Position numbers and translations under genes: made by a program. This document shows positions 9,542-22,582 of a stretch of DNA of 64,000 nt, one piece after another; within the stretch, counting starts at the first letter, position 1, and each line of letters opens with the position of its first letter. The DNA is taken from the NCBI GenBank assembly GCA_032654565.1, contig JAULAX010000015.1, positions 480,001 to 544,000 on the forward strand, given 5' to 3'. The notes under the pieces were generated by a model. That model searched no databases. It worked only from the letters and a program-made list of their open reading frames with translations, and was not told the origin of the DNA. Origin of the DNA: Anaeromyxobacteraceae bacterium. Its GTDB lineage: Bacteria > Myxococcota > Myxococcia > Myxococcales > Anaeromyxobacteraceae.

Positions 9542-12298
9542 CTACAGGTTCGGCCGGGCCTCGTACTCGCCCGGCGTGCCGCCGCGCATCAGCACCTGGC
9601 GCGGCTTGACGCCGTTGGGCGGGCCCACCAGCCCCTCGCGCTCCATGCGCTCGATGATCTTGGCCGCCTTGTTGTAGCCGAGCCGCATCTCGCGCTGCAG
9701 CTTGGAGACCGAGACCTCGTCCATCTGCGCCACCAGCTCCATGGCCTGGTCGTAGACCGGGTCCTCCAGGTCGTTGTCGCGGCTCCCCTCGCCGGCGCCG
9801 TCGCGGGCCTTGAGGATGGAGTCGTCATAGACCGGCTTCCCCTGCAGCTTGAGGAAGTCCACCACCCGCTTCAGCTCCTCCTCCGAGACGAAGGCGCCCT
9901 GCACCCGGGTGAGCGGCTGGGTGGCGGTCATCACCAGCATGTCGCCGTTGCCGAGCAAGCTCTCGGCGCCGGGGCCGTTGATGATGGTGGTGGAGTCGTG
10001 GCGGCTGCCGAGCCGGAAGGAGATGCGGGCCGGGAAGTTGTTCTTGATGGTGCCGGTGACCACGTCGGTGGACGGCCGCTGCGTCGCCACCACCAGGTGG
10101 ATGCCGGTGGCGCGGGCCTTGGCGGCGAGGCGGGCCAGCGAGGTCTCCACCTCGCGCGGCGCCGTCATCATCAGGTCGGCCAGCTCGTCGATGATCACCA
10201 CGATGTACGGCAGCTTCTGCGGCAGCCGCGGGGTGTCGCGCTCGGCCACCGGGTCGGCGGGCGGCGGCGCCGTGGGGTCGGCGAACTCGGCGCTGGCGGC
10301 CAGCGGCGTGGCCCCGGCGAAGCGGGCCGCCTCGGCCTCGAGGCGGGCGGCCACCTGCTCCTCGGTCTCCCCGGCGGTGACGTCGACCACCACCAGCCGC
10401 CGCGGCGGCAGGGCCAGCTCCTTGTCCTCGAAGGTGGTCCCCTCGGCGCGGTGCTTGTCGACCCGGGCGTTGTAGCTCTTCAGGTCGCGCACCCCGGTGT
10501 CGGCGAGGATCTGGGTGCGCCGCTCCATCTCGTCGACCGCCCACTGCAGCGCCCGCGAGGCCTTCTGGGGATCGGTCACCACCGGCAGCAGCAGGTGGGG
10601 GATGTCCTCGTAGGGCGACAGCTCGGTCATCTTCGGGTCGACCATGATCATCCGCACCTCGGCCGGCGTCTGCCGGAAGAGCATGCTCAGGATCATGGTG
10701 TTGAGGCCGACCGACTTGCCGGCGCCGGTGGTGCCGGCGATGAGCAGGTGCGGCATCTTCTGCAGGTCGATGCAGTAGGGCGTCCCCTCGATGTCCTTGC
10801 CGAGGCCGAGCGGCAGGAAGCCACCGGCGTGGCCGAAGGTCTCCGACTCGAGGATGTCGCGCAGGAAGACGGTGCCGCGCACGGTGTTGGGCACCTCGAT
10901 CCCCACCACGCCCTTGCCCGGGATGGGGGCGATGATGCGGATCCGGGTGGCCGCCAGGGCCATCGTCAGTTCCTTGTTGAGGTTCTCGATGCGGGCCAGC
11001 TTGGTGCCGCCCACCGGGAGGAACTCGTAGAGGGTCACCACCGGGCCGGGGCGGATGTAGGTGATCTGCCCGTCGATGGAGTGCTCGGCCAGGGTGGCGA
11101 CGATGACGTCGGCGGTGCGCGTCAGGTTGGCCTTGTCGACGTCGGCCGCCTTCTCCTCGTGGACGTCGAGCAGGTCGATGGAGGGGAGCTGGAAGACGTC
11201 GCCGGCCTTGGTGAAGGCGAAGGAGGGCACCTCCTTCTTCTCCTTCTCCTTCTTCTTGCGGCTCCGCTCCAGCAGCGCCGCCGAGAGCACGATCTCCGGG
11301 CGGGAGGGGGGCGGCGGCAGCAGCGTGGGCGGCGGGGTCGGGGCGTCCTCCTCGGCGGCCCCCTCCAGCGCCGGCTCCTCGGCCCGCTTGCGCTTGCGGC
11401 GCGGCGTGGTGGTCTCGGCCTCGGCCGGCGGCTCGCCCGCCGGCTCCGGCTGGGCGCGGGCCACCGGGACCAGCCCGTCCACCCAGGCCGGCTCGTCGAG
11501 CTGGGGCCGGCGCAGCTGCTCCAGCGCCAGCGCCCCGGCCATGGCCCGGGCCTCCTGCCGGTCCTCGTCCTGGGCCCCGTCGAGGAAGGCGGCGGCGGCC
11601 ATGGCCTCGGCCTCGGCGCGCCGCTCGCGCTCGGCGGCGTCCTCGGCCCGCATGTCGGCCACCGCCTCGCGGTGCTCCTGCACGGCGGCCCCCAGCCGGG
11701 ACCGCAGCCAGCCAGCCAGCGCGGTGAGCCCGCCCCAGGCCAGGGCGGCGGCGTCGCCGAGCTTGAGGCCGGTGGCCACGATCAGCGAGATGGTGGCGGC
11801 GGCGGTCACCAGCAGCACCGAGCCGGTGGTGGAGACCAGGGCCACCGACTGGGCGGCCAGGGTGGCGCCCACCGCGCCGCCAGCCGGGAAGCTGGCCAGC
11901 TCGAAGCGGGCCAGCAGCAGGTGGCTGAGCGTGGCCAGACAGAGGGTGAGCGAGGTGTAGGCCAGCGCCCCCACCGCGGTGAAGCGGCCGGTGGCGCCGC
12001 GGAAGAGCCGCCAGGCCACGGTGACCAGCCCGCAGGGGACCACCAGGGCGGCGAAGCCGAGCACCCGGTAGACGGCCGAGGCGGCGCGGTGGCCCACCGG
12101 GCCGATCAGGTTGGAGGGGGAGAGGTGGCGGGCGATCAGGGCGCCGTCGATGGAGGCGAAGGTGGAGAGGGCCAGCGCCGCGGCGGCGCCGAGCGCCAGC
12201 AGCAGCACGGCGGCGATGTCCCGGGCCAGGCCGGTCCGGACCGGCGACGAGCCGCGCCCACGGGGGGTGATCTTACGGTTCGACTTCTCTTTGCCCAT
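9542..12298 (-). CDS. ftsK: DNA translocase FtsK
   Basis: N-terminal TM domain, Walker A AGTTGAGKS, IIDELADLM, ATQRPS, gamma domain GYNKAAKIIERME; start chosen at MGKEK with GAGG RBS. Confidence 0.96.
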   Translation of the reverse strand: MGKEKSNRKITPRGRGSSPVRTGLARDIAAVLLLALGAAAALALSTFASIDGALIARHLSPSNLIGPVGHRAASAVYRVLGFAALVVPCGLVTVAWRLFRGATGRFTAVGALAYTSLTLCLATLSHLLLARFELASFPAGGAVGATLAAQSVALVSTTGSVLLVTAAATISLIVATGLKLGDAAALAWGGLTALAGWLRSRLGAAVQEHREAVADMRAEDAAERERRAEAEAMAAAAFLDGAQDEDRQEARAMAGALALEQLRRPQLDEPAWVDGLVPVARAQPEPAGEPPAEAETTTPRRKRKRAEEPALEGAAEEDAPTPPPTLLPPPPSRPEIVLSAALLERSRKKKEKEKKEVPSFAFTKAGDVFQLPSIDLLDVHEEKAADVDKANLTRTADVIVATLAEHSIDGQITYIRPGPVVTLYEFLPVGGTKLARIENLNKELTMALAATRIRIIAPIPGKGVVGIEVPNTVRGTVFLRDILESETFGHAGGFLPLGLGKDIEGTPYCIDLQKMPHLLIAGTTGAGKSVGLNTMILSMLFRQTPAEVRMIMVDPKMTELSPYEDIPHLLLPVVTDPQKASRALQWAVDEMERRTQILADTGVRDLKSYNARVDKHRAEGTTFEDKELALPPRRLVVVDVTAGETEEQVAARLEAEAARFAGATPLAASAEFADPTAPPPADPVAERDTPRLPQKLPYIVVIIDELADLMMTAPREVETSLARLAAKARATGIHLVVATQRPSTDVVTGTIKNNFPARISFRLGSRHDSTTIINGPGAESLLGNGDMLVMTATQPLTRVQGAFVSEEELKRVVDFLKLQGKPVYDDSILKARDGAGEGSRDNDLEDPVYDQAMELVAQMDEVSVSKLQREMRLGYNKAAKIIERMEREGLVGPPNGVKPRQVLMRGGTPGEYEARPNL

Positions 12299-12453
12299 GC
12301 GCGCTGTGACCTCGTGGAAGTACCGGTGCCGGCGCCGAGACGGGGGCAGGTGGGGCGAGGATATCGGGGGGTAGCGGTGGGTCAATTTTTCGGCGATTCC
12401 GAGCGGATGGCTTAGAATCGGGCCTCGGAATCCGCCGTCAAAACAGGGTCGCC

Positions 12454-13653
12454 ATGGACGTCCGCTGCGAGCGCTGCCGGGCCCAGTACGCCTTCGAGGA
12501 GGACCAGATCACCGCCGCCGGGGTGACGGTCCAGTGCAGCGCGTGCGGGCACGTCTTCCGGGTCACCAGGAAGGAGCTGGTGGTGACCCAGTCGGTCCGC
12601 CCCGGGCAGCGGGTCGAGGAGCCGACGACGCCCTCCGCGGCCCGCCCCTCCCGCGCCGAACCCAGCCCGGCCTGGACCATCCGCCAGGCCGACGGCCAGA
12701 CCCTCACCTTCTCCGAGCTCAACACGCTGCAGCGCTGGATCGTCGAGCGCCGGGTGGGGCGGGACGACGAGGTCACGCACGGCGACGGCAGCTGGGTCCG
12801 GCTGGGGTCGCTGGCCGAGCTGCAGAGCTTCTTCGACGTGGTGGCGTCGGCCGATCGGGCCGAGGGGCGGCTGAGCGAGGGGCGGATCACCTCCCGGTAC
12901 CCGGCCACCCCGTTCCCGCCGACCCCCGCCGCCGCCCCGCCGCCGCCGCCCCCGCCCGCGCCGACCGGGTCGGTCCAGGTGGAGCTGGACGAGGCCGACC
13001 TGCGCGCCGTCGGCCGGTCGAGCCGATCGCCGACCGCGCTGCTGGTCGGGCTCCTGCTGCTGGTGACCGGGGGGGCGGTGGCCTACATCTTCATGCCGGC
13101 CCTCTTCGGCCGGGCCCCGACGCCGAAGGCCGAGCCGGCGCCGCCGCCGGTGGCGGTCAGGCCCCCGGAGCCGCCCCCCCCGCCCCCCAGCGTCGAGCCG
13201 CGGCCGGTGGCGCCGGAGCCCACGCCGGAGCCGCCCGCCGCCAAGGCCCCCGAGCCGACGCCGGAGCCGAAGCCCAGGGCCAGGTCGCCGGGGGCCAGGT
13301 CGCTGGTGGTCGAGGCCCGCCGGCTGCGCGAGGCCAACAAGCCGGAGCCGGCGCTCGAGCTCTACGGCCGGGCCCTGGCCGCCGACCCGGAGAACGTCGA
13401 CGCCCTCGCCGGGCGCGGCCTGTGCTATTTCGACCTCGAGCAGTACGCGCCCGCCGAGGCGAGCCTGCAGGAAGCCCTGCGGCTCTCGCCGACGCAGCCC
13501 GACGCGCTCCTCGGGCTGGCCGAGACCTACCGCGCCCGGGGGCGCAAGGCCGAGGCCATCGCGATGTACGAGCGGTACCTGGCCGCGCACCCCGGGGGCG
13601 ACGAGGCGGCCGTGGCGCGCAACGCCATCAACCTGCTGAAGGAAGGACCATGA
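12454..13653 (+). CDS. zinc-ribbon / GYF_2-like / TM / Pro-rich / TPR protein (myxobacterial type)
   Basis: CERC...CSAC zinc ribbon, LQRWIVERRVGRDDEV...W GYF_2-like segment, one TM helix, three TPRs. Confidence 0.75.
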   Translation: MDVRCERCRAQYAFEEDQITAAGVTVQCSACGHVFRVTRKELVVTQSVRPGQRVEEPTTPSAARPSRAEPSPAWTIRQADGQTLTFSELNTLQRWIVERRVGRDDEVTHGDGSWVRLGSLAELQSFFDVVASADRAEGRLSEGRITSRYPATPFPPTPAAAPPPPPPPAPTGSVQVELDEADLRAVGRSSRSPTALLVGLLLLVTGGAVAYIFMPALFGRAPTPKAEPAPPPVAVRPPEPPPPPPSVEPRPVAPEPTPEPPAAKAPEPTPEPKPRARSPGARSLVVEARRLREANKPEPALELYGRALAADPENVDALAGRGLCYFDLEQYAPAEASLQEALRLSPTQPDALLGLAETYRARGRKAEAIAMYERYLAAHPGGDEAAVARNAINLLKEGP

Positions 13654-13982
13654 CGGACCACAAGCGCAGCCACATGGAAGACGAGTACTTCGTCCGCGAG
13701 GACGCCGAGAAGAAGCGCAAGCTGGCGCTGCAGGTGAAGAAGGAGACCGAGGCGGCCGAGCTGCTGCGCCTCAAGGCGCTCCACCACATGCGCTGCCCCA
13801 AGTGCGGCCTCCCCCTGCAGGAGGTCAAGATCAAGCACGTCGACGTCGACGTCTGCTTCGCCTGCCACGGCGTCTTCCTCGACCAGGGCGAGCTGGAGCA
13901 CATCATCAAGGCCTCCCCGGAGACCTCGCCCGGCGTGATGAGCGCCATCCTCAACTGGTTCAAGCACGAGGGCGGCACCTAG
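13650..13982 (+). CDS. zf-TFIIB-like zinc-ribbon protein
   Basis: EDEYF charged helix, then CPKC...DVCFACHGVFLDQGEL. Confidence 0.8.
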   Translation: MTDHKRSHMEDEYFVREDAEKKRKLALQVKKETEAAELLRLKALHHMRCPKCGLPLQEVKIKHVDVDVCFACHGVFLDQGELEHIIKASPETSPGVMSAILNWFKHEGGT

Positions 13983-13992
13983 CGGGCCGACG

Positions 13993-14282
13993 ATGTCCCT
14001 CTCCCTCGACGAGGTCCGGCGCGTCGCCGCGCTGGCCCGCCTGAAGCTCTCGGCGGCGGAGGAGCAGCTCTTCGCCGGGCAGCTCTCCGCCATCCTCGAC
14101 CGGGTGCGCGACCTGGAGGGGCTCGACCTCACCGGCGTGCCGCCCATGACCCACGCGCTGGCCGAGGGCGAGGCGGTGGCGCTGCGCCCCGACGCGCCGG
14201 CGCCGGGGCTCACCGCGGAGGAGGCGCTCGCCAACGCGCCCGACCGCGAGGGGAGCTGCTTCAAGGTCCCGAGGATCATCGA

Positions 14283-14286
<4 letters not shown>
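13993..14286 (+). CDS. gatC: Asp/Glu-tRNA amidotransferase subunit C
   Basis: VAALARL...[19 protein letters not shown]; directly upstream of gatA. Confidence 0.93.
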
Positions 14287-15760
<1,474 letters not shown>

Positions 15761-15764
<4 letters not shown>

Positions 15765-16174
15765 ACCGCAGCGTGGCCTTGCTGGTCTGGACGTCGACGC
15801 TGGTGGTCCCGCTCTTCTTCGGGGCGGTGGCCGAGGCGGTGCGCGGCGACGCCCCCCACCTGCCGGTCAACGGCGTGCTCTTCTGGGTCACCCTGTTCAC
15901 CTCGGCGGCCTGCATCGCCATGGCCCACGTGCTCCCCACCCGGATCCGGACCATCCCGGCCGGCCGCGAGGCCACCGCCTTCATCCGGCTGGTGAGCGGC
16001 TGGGCGCTCTGCGAGGGGGCGGCGCTCTTCCCGCTGGTGGCCTGGATCGTCACCGACGACCCGCGCCTGCTGGGGGTCTGCGCCGTGGACCTGCTGGCGC
16101 TGGTGACGCTCTTCCCCAGCGAGCTGCGCTGGGAGAGCATGCTCCCCGGCGAGCCGCCGCCGGCGAGGTGGTGA
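15761..16174 (+). CDS. hypothetical 4-TM membrane protein
   Basis: Hydrophobic ORF between gatA and gatB; GTGA overlap with the gatA stop. Confidence 0.7.
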
Positions 16175-16179
16175 GCGCC

Positions 16180-17637
16180 ATGCCGGTGGCCGACTTCCAG
16201 GTGGTGATCGGGCTGGAGGTCCACGCCCAGCTCCTGACCCGCACCAAGATCTTCTGCGGCTGCTCCACCGAGTTCGGCGGCGCCCCCAACAGCCACGTCT
16301 GCCCCATCTGCCTGGGGATGCCGGGGGTGCTGCCGGCGCTCAACCAGCGGGTGGTGGAGCTGGCGGTGAGGACCGGGCTGGCGCTGGGCTGCGACGTCCA
16401 GCCGGTCAGCGTCTTCTCCCGCAAGAACTACTTCTACCCGGACCTGCCCAAGGGCTACCAGATCTCCCAGTTCGAGCTGCCCATCTGCCTGGGCGGTGGG
16501 CTCACCGTCACCGTGGACGGCCGGGAGAAGCTGATCCGGCTCACCCGCATCCACATGGAGGAGGACGCCGGCAAGAACCTCCACGAGGTGGCCGCCGACG
16601 GCGGCTCGGGCGTCGACCTCAACCGCGCCGGCGTGCCGCTGCTGGAGATCGTCAGCGAGCCCGACCTGCGCAGCGCCGACGAGGCGGTCGAGTACCTGAA
16701 GGCGCTGCGGGCCATCCTGGTGGCGCTGGGGGTGAACGACGGCAACCTCGAGGAGGGCTCGTTCCGCTGCGACGCCAACGTCTCGGTGATGCGCACCGGG
16801 GCCACCGAGTACGGCACCCGCGCCGAGATCAAGAACCTGAACTCCTTCCGCTTCCTCAAGCAGGCGGTCGACTACGAGGTGCGCCGGCAGGTGGCGCTGG
16901 TGGAGGCCGGCGAGAAGGTGGTGCAGGAGACCCGGCTCTACGACCCGGCGCGGGGCGAGACCCGCTCGATGCGCAGCAAGGAGGAGGCGCACGACTACCG
17001 CTACTTCCCCGAGCCCGACCTGCCGCCGGTGCGCGTCGACGCGGCGCTGGTGGCGCGGGTGCGGGCCACGCTGCCGGAGCTGCCGCGGGCCCGGGCCGCC
17101 CGCTACCAGCAGGCGCTCGGGCTCTCCGCCCAGGACGCCGGGGTGCTGGTGGGCGACGCCGGCCTGGCCGACTTCTTCGACGCGGCGCTCGCCGCGCGCG
17201 GCGGCGGGGCCGAGGCGGCCAAGAAGGTGGCCAACTGGACCATCGGCGAGCTGTCGCGGCTGATGAACGAGACCGGGCTCCAGCCGTCGGCCTGGAGGCT
17301 GACCCCGGCCGGGCTGGCCGAGGTGCTGGGGCTGCTCGAGGCCGGCACCGTCAACGCCGCGGCGGCCAAGCTGCTGGTGGAGGAGCTCTTCCGCCACGGC
17401 GGCGACCCCGGCGCGCTGGTGAAGAGCCGCGGCCTGGCCCAGGTCTCCGACGCCGGGGCCATCGAGGCGGCCGTCGACGCCGTGCTGGCCGCCAACCCCG
17501 CCGAGGTGGAGCGCCACCGCGGCGGCGCCAAGGACCTGACCGGCTTCTTCGTCGGCCAGGTGATGAAGGCGCTCAAGGGCCAGGGCCACCCCGGCCTGGT
17601 CAACGCCACGCTCAAGCGGAAGCTGGGGGGAGGCTAG
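16180..17637 (+). CDS. gatB: Asp/Glu-tRNA amidotransferase subunit B
   Basis: [45 protein letters not shown]. Confidence 0.97.
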   Translation: MPVADFQVVIGLEVHAQLLTRTKIFCGCSTEFGGAPNSHVCPICLGMPGVLPALNQRVVELAVRTGLALGCDVQPVSVFSRKNYFYPDLPKGYQISQFELPICLGGGLTVTVDGREKLIRLTRIHMEEDAGKNLHEVAADGGSGVDLNRAGVPLLEIVSEPDLRSADEAVEYLKALRAILVALGVNDGNLEEGSFRCDANVSVMRTGATEYGTRAEIKNLNSFRFLKQAVDYEVRRQVALVEAGEKVVQETRLYDPARGETRSMRSKEEAHDYRYFPEPDLPPVRVDAALVARVRATLPELPRARAARYQQALGLSAQDAGVLVGDAGLADFFDAALAARGGGAEAAKKVANWTIGELSRLMNETGLQPSAWRLTPAGLAEVLGLLEAGTVNAAAAKLLVEELFRHGGDPGALVKSRGLAQVSDAGAIEAAVDAVLAANPAEVERHRGGAKDLTGFFVGQVMKALKGQGHPGLVNATLKRKLGGG

Positions 17638-17846
17638 ATGGCCTGGGCCGGGTGGGGGGCGGGCGCCGCCGGCGCCGGCAGCGCCGGGGGGCCGAGCCGC
17701 GGCTTCCTCTGGGCCATGGTGGTGGGGGCGGCGGTGGTGACGGTGGCGCTGGCCCAGGAGCGGAGCCCGCTGGCCTTCGCCGGGGCCGCGGCGGCCGCCT
17801 ACTTCGCGCTGCGCGCCACCGGCCGGATCGGCCCGCGGAGGGGCCA

Positions 17847-17850
<4 letters not shown>
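17638..17850 (+). CDS. small membrane protein
   Basis: Two hydrophobic segments; abuts the gatB stop and overlaps the mtnA start. Confidence 0.55.
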
Positions 17851-18883
<1,033 letters not shown>

Positions 18884-18887
<4 letters not shown>

Positions 18888-19816
18888 AGAGCCGCCCCAG
18901 CGTCCTCAAGACCACCTTCGGCGCCGGCAACCCGGTCACCGCCATCGGCCTGCCGCGCCGGCCGCTCGGCGACGTCTACCACCTGCTCCTCACCTGGAGC
19001 TGGACCCGGCTCTTCAGCCTGATGGCCGCCCTCTACGTGGCCATCAACGCCCTCTTCGCCGCCGCCTACCTGGCCCTGGGGCCGGGGGCCGTCCAGAACG
19101 CCGAGCCCGGCTCCTTCTCCGACGCCTTCTTCTTCGCCTTCGACACCATGGCCACCATCGGCTACGGCGACAAGGTGCCGAAGGGCGTGGCCGCCAACCT
19201 GCTCTCGCTGGTGCAGGTGATGCTGGGCATGGCCGGGATGGCGGTGACCACCGGCCTGGTCTTCGCCAAGTTCGCCCGCCCCACCGCCCGCGTCCTCTTC
19301 AGCCGGGTGGCGGTGCTGCAGCCCTTCGACGGCGTCCCCTCGCTGCTCTTCCGCATGGCCAACGCCCGCGCCAACCAGATCGTCGAGGCCGAGCTGACGG
19401 TGATCGCGGTGCGGGCCGAGACCACCGTGGAGGGGGAGTCGATCCGCAAGGTCTACGACATGAAGCTGCGGCGGGCGCGCTCGGCGGCCTTCTCGCTCTC
19501 CTGGACGGCGGTCCACCCCATCACCCCGGAGAGCCCGCTCTTCGGGCTCGACGCCGCCGCGCTGGCGCGGGCCCCGTTCAGCATCATGGTCTCGGTCTCC
19601 GGCGTCGACGAGCACCTCGGCCAGACCGTCCACGCCCGCCACACCTACGGACCGGGCGACCTGGTCTTCGGCGGCCGCTTCGCCGACATCCTGGCGGTGC
19701 AGCCGGACGGCTCGGCGGTGATCGACTACCGGCGCTTCCATGATGTCGAAAACATACCCCATTCGGAGGGGTCTACCCCCGCGTCCGGGGGAGCGCTACC
19801 TCCGCAAAACCCCTGA
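18884..19816 (+). CDS. inward-rectifier K+ channel (KirBac family)
   Basis: TMATIGYG selectivity filter, [20 protein letters not shown] cytoplasmic domain. Confidence 0.9.
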
Positions 19817-19828
19817 TCCCAGCCGAAG

Positions 19829-19858
19829 TTGACATGGGGCGCGGACGGATCGTATAGA
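19829..19858 (+). promoter_or_regulatory. sigma70-type promoter for rplU-rpmA
   Basis: TTGACA-N18-TATAGA. Confidence 0.55.
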
Positions 19859-19905
19859 CGCGCCTCCCCGGGGTCCGGATCACGGGGAATTCCAAGGAGC
19901 GAGCG

Positions 19906-20211
19906 ATGTACGCGGTGATCAAGACCGGCGGGAAGCAGTATCGCGTGGCGCAGGGCGACCGGGTCAAGGTCGAGCTGCTGGCCGGCGACGTGGGTGGGAA
20001 GGTCTCCTTCGAGGCGCTGATGATCGGCGGCGAGGGCGAGGCCCGGGTCGGCGCCCCGGTGGTCCAGGGCGCCGCCGTCGAGGGCGAGATCGTCGCCCAC
20101 GGCAAGCACAAGAAGCAGGTCCACTTCCGCAAGAAGAAGGAAGGCTGGACCAAGAAGCGCGGCCACCGGCAGCCCTTCACCGAGCTGCTCATCACCGCGG
20201 TTCGCGCCTAA
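19906..20211 (+). CDS. rplU: 50S ribosomal protein L21
   Basis: [18 protein letters not shown]. Confidence 0.97.
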   Translation: MYAVIKTGGKQYRVAQGDRVKVELLAGDVGGKVSFEALMIGGEGEARVGAPVVQGAAVEGEIVAHGKHKKQVHFRKKKEGWTKKRGHRQPFTELLITAVRA

Positions 20212-20228
20212 GAAAGGACGGACGATCC

Positions 20229-20492
20229 ATGGCTCACAAAAAGGGACAGGGCTCTTCACGCAACGGCCGCGACTCCGGCGGGCAGCACCGCGGCGTCAAG
20301 ATCTACGGCTCGGAGAAGGTCATCTCCGGCAACATCATCGTGCGCCAGTGCGGCACGCTCTTCCACCCCGGCGAGAACGTCGGGCTGGGCAAGGACTTCA
20401 CCATCTTCGCCACCTGCGCGGGCACGGTGAAGTTCACCCGGACTCGCGGCGACCGCCGCGTGGTCTCGGTGATCCCCGAGGCCAAGGCCTAA
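20229..20492 (+). CDS. rpmA: 50S ribosomal protein L27
   Basis: [16 protein letters not shown]. Confidence 0.98.
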   Translation: MAHKKGQGSSRNGRDSGGQHRGVKIYGSEKVISGNIIVRQCGTLFHPGENVGLGKDFTIFATCAGTVKFTRTRGDRRVVSVIPEAKA

Positions 20493-20576
20493 GGGGCGCG
20501 CGGCCGCTGAAGCCGGCCGTTCACGGCGCCGCGGGCCCTCGGGCTGCGCGGCGCTCGTCGTTTCGAGGGGGGCCGC

Positions 20577-21920
20577 ATGAAGTTCGTCGACGAGGTCCGC
20601 ATCTTCGTGAAGTCCGGTGACGGCGGCGCCGGCGCCATCGCCTGGCGGCGGGAGAAGTTCATCCCCAAGGGCGGGCCGGCCGGCGGCGACGGCGGGGACG
20701 GCGGCGACGTCATCCTCGAGGTCGACCCGCAGCTCTCCACGCTGCTCGACTACCGCTACATCCGCGAGCACAAGGCGCGCAGCGGCTCCAAGGGGCACGG
20801 CCGCGACATGAACGGCATCGGCGGCGAGCACCTGGTTCTCAAGGTGCCGGCCGGGACCCTGGTGCGCGACTTCGACACCGGCGAGCAGCTCGCCGACATG
20901 GGGGCCAGCTGCCCGCGGGTGGTGATCTGCAAGGGCGGCCGCGGCGGCCTCGGCAACATCAACTTCGCCACCTCCACCAACCAGGCCCCCCGCTACGCCC
21001 AGGAGGGGACCAAGGGCGAGGAGAAGAACCTGCAGCTGGAGCTGAAGCTGCTGGCCGACGTCGGCATCATCGGCTACCCCAACGCCGGCAAGTCGACGCT
21101 GATCAGCGTCATCAGCCGGGCCCGCCCCAAGATCGCCGACTACCCGTTCACCACCCTGACCCCCAACCTCGGCGTGGCCCAGTGGCGCGGCGAGCGGAGC
21201 TTCGTGGTGGCCGACATCCCCGGGCTGATCGAGGGGGCCCACGAGGGCCACGGCCTCGGCCACCAGTTCCTGCGCCACGTCGAGCGCTGCCACGTGCTGG
21301 TCCACCTGGTGGAGGGGGCCCACCCGGCGCCGGGGCGGGATCCGGCGGCCGACTTCGCCGCCATCAACCGGGAGCTGAAGCTCTACTCGAAGAAGCTGGC
21401 GGGGAAGCCGCAGGTGGTGGCCATCACCAAGGTGGACATCCCCGAGGCCCGCGCGGCCGGCGAGGCCTGGGCCCGGGTCATGGCCAGGCGCAAGGTGCCG
21501 GTCAAGGTGCACCTGCTCTCCTCGGCCACGCGCGAGGGGCTCGAGGGGCTGCTCGACGACGTGGCCGCCGCCATCTGGACCGACGTGTCGCCGCACGGCG
21601 GCGGGCGGCCCAAGAAGGCGGGGCGGCCGCGGGCGGTGGCGGAGGCGCCGGCGCCGTTCGTCGAGGCGGTGGCCGCCGTGAAGGCGAGGAAGGCGGCGCC
21701 GAAGCCGGCCGCCGCGAAGAAGCGCCCGGTGAAGGCCCCGCGGGGCGCGCCGAAGAAGAAGGCTGCGGTGAGGCGGCCGGCGGCGAAGGTTCGCAAGGCG
21801 GCTCCCAAGAAGAAGCGGGCCGCCAAGAAGGCCCCCGCGGGGAACAAGAAGACCGCGGCCGCGAAGATGCCCGCGGCCGCGAACAGGAAGAAGGCGGTCG
21901 CCACGCGGAGCCGGCGGTGA
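20577..21920 (+). CDS. obgE: GTPase ObgE/CgtA with a Lys/Ala/Pro-rich tail
   Basis: FVDE, Gly-rich Obg fold, GYPNAGKS, YPFTT, DIPG, TKVD. Confidence 0.96.
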   Translation: MKFVDEVRIFVKSGDGGAGAIAWRREKFIPKGGPAGGDGGDGGDVILEVDPQLSTLLDYRYIREHKARSGSKGHGRDMNGIGGEHLVLKVPAGTLVRDFDTGEQLADMGASCPRVVICKGGRGGLGNINFATSTNQAPRYAQEGTKGEEKNLQLELKLLADVGIIGYPNAGKSTLISVISRARPKIADYPFTTLTPNLGVAQWRGERSFVVADIPGLIEGAHEGHGLGHQFLRHVERCHVLVHLVEGAHPAPGRDPAADFAAINRELKLYSKKLAGKPQVVAITKVDIPEARAAGEAWARVMARRKVPVKVHLLSSATREGLEGLLDDVAAAIWTDVSPHGGGRPKKAGRPRAVAEAPAPFVEAVAAVKARKAAPKPAAAKKRPVKAPRGAPKKKAAVRRPAAKVRKAAPKKKRAAKKAPAGNKKTAAAKMPAAANRKKAVATRSRR

Positions 21921-22582
21921 CGGCGTCGCCCTCCCTCCCGGACCTCCTGCTGCCGGAGCGGAGGGCGCGCATCGACGCGGTGGTGGCGCAGCGCACCCGC
22001 ACCCTGACGGTGGTGATGGAGGCCTTCGCCGACTCGCAGAACACCAACGCCGTGCTCCGCACCGCCGAGTCCTTCGGGGTGCAGGAGGTCCACGTGGTGG
22101 TGGGGCCGCAGAAGCGCTTCGACCGGAACAAGAAGGTGAGCCAGAACGCCGACAAGTGGCTGGAGGTGATCCGCTGGAAGGACACCCCCGCCTGCCTGGC
22201 GGCGCTGAAGGCGCGCGGCTTCCGCGTCCTCGCCACCCACCTCGGCGAGGGGTCGTGCGGCCTGGCCGAGCTCTCCTTCGCCGCCCCCACGGCGCTGGTC
22301 TTCGGCAACGAGCACGCCGGGGTCTCCGACGACGCCCGGCGGCTGGCCGACGCCTGCTTCGCCATCCCCATGCGCGGCTTCTCGCAGTCGTTCAACGTCT
22401 CGGTGGCGGCGGCCATCTGCCTGGCCCGGGCCGTGGAGCGGCGCGAGCTGGAGCGCGGGCGCCACGGCGACCTCTCGCCGGCCGAGGCCGAGGCGCTGCG
22501 GGACCGGTTCTACGCGCTCTCGGTCAACCAGCGGGCCCGGGTGGCGCTGGCGGGATCGCGCACCCCTCCCAGAACGCCTTGA
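21917..22582 (+). CDS. trmH: TrmH/SpoU-family RNA 2'-O-methyltransferase
   Basis: N..AVLRT, LVFGNEHAGVS, IPMRGFSQSFNVSVA SPOUT motifs. Confidence 0.85.
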   Translation: MTASPSLPDLLLPERRARIDAVVAQRTRTLTVVMEAFADSQNTNAVLRTAESFGVQEVHVVVGPQKRFDRNKKVSQNADKWLEVIRWKDTPACLAALKARGFRVLATHLGEGSCGLAELSFAAPTALVFGNEHAGVSDDARRLADACFAIPMRGFSQSFNVSVAAAICLARAVERRELERGRHGDLSPAEAEALRDRFYALSVNQRARVALAGSRTPPRTP

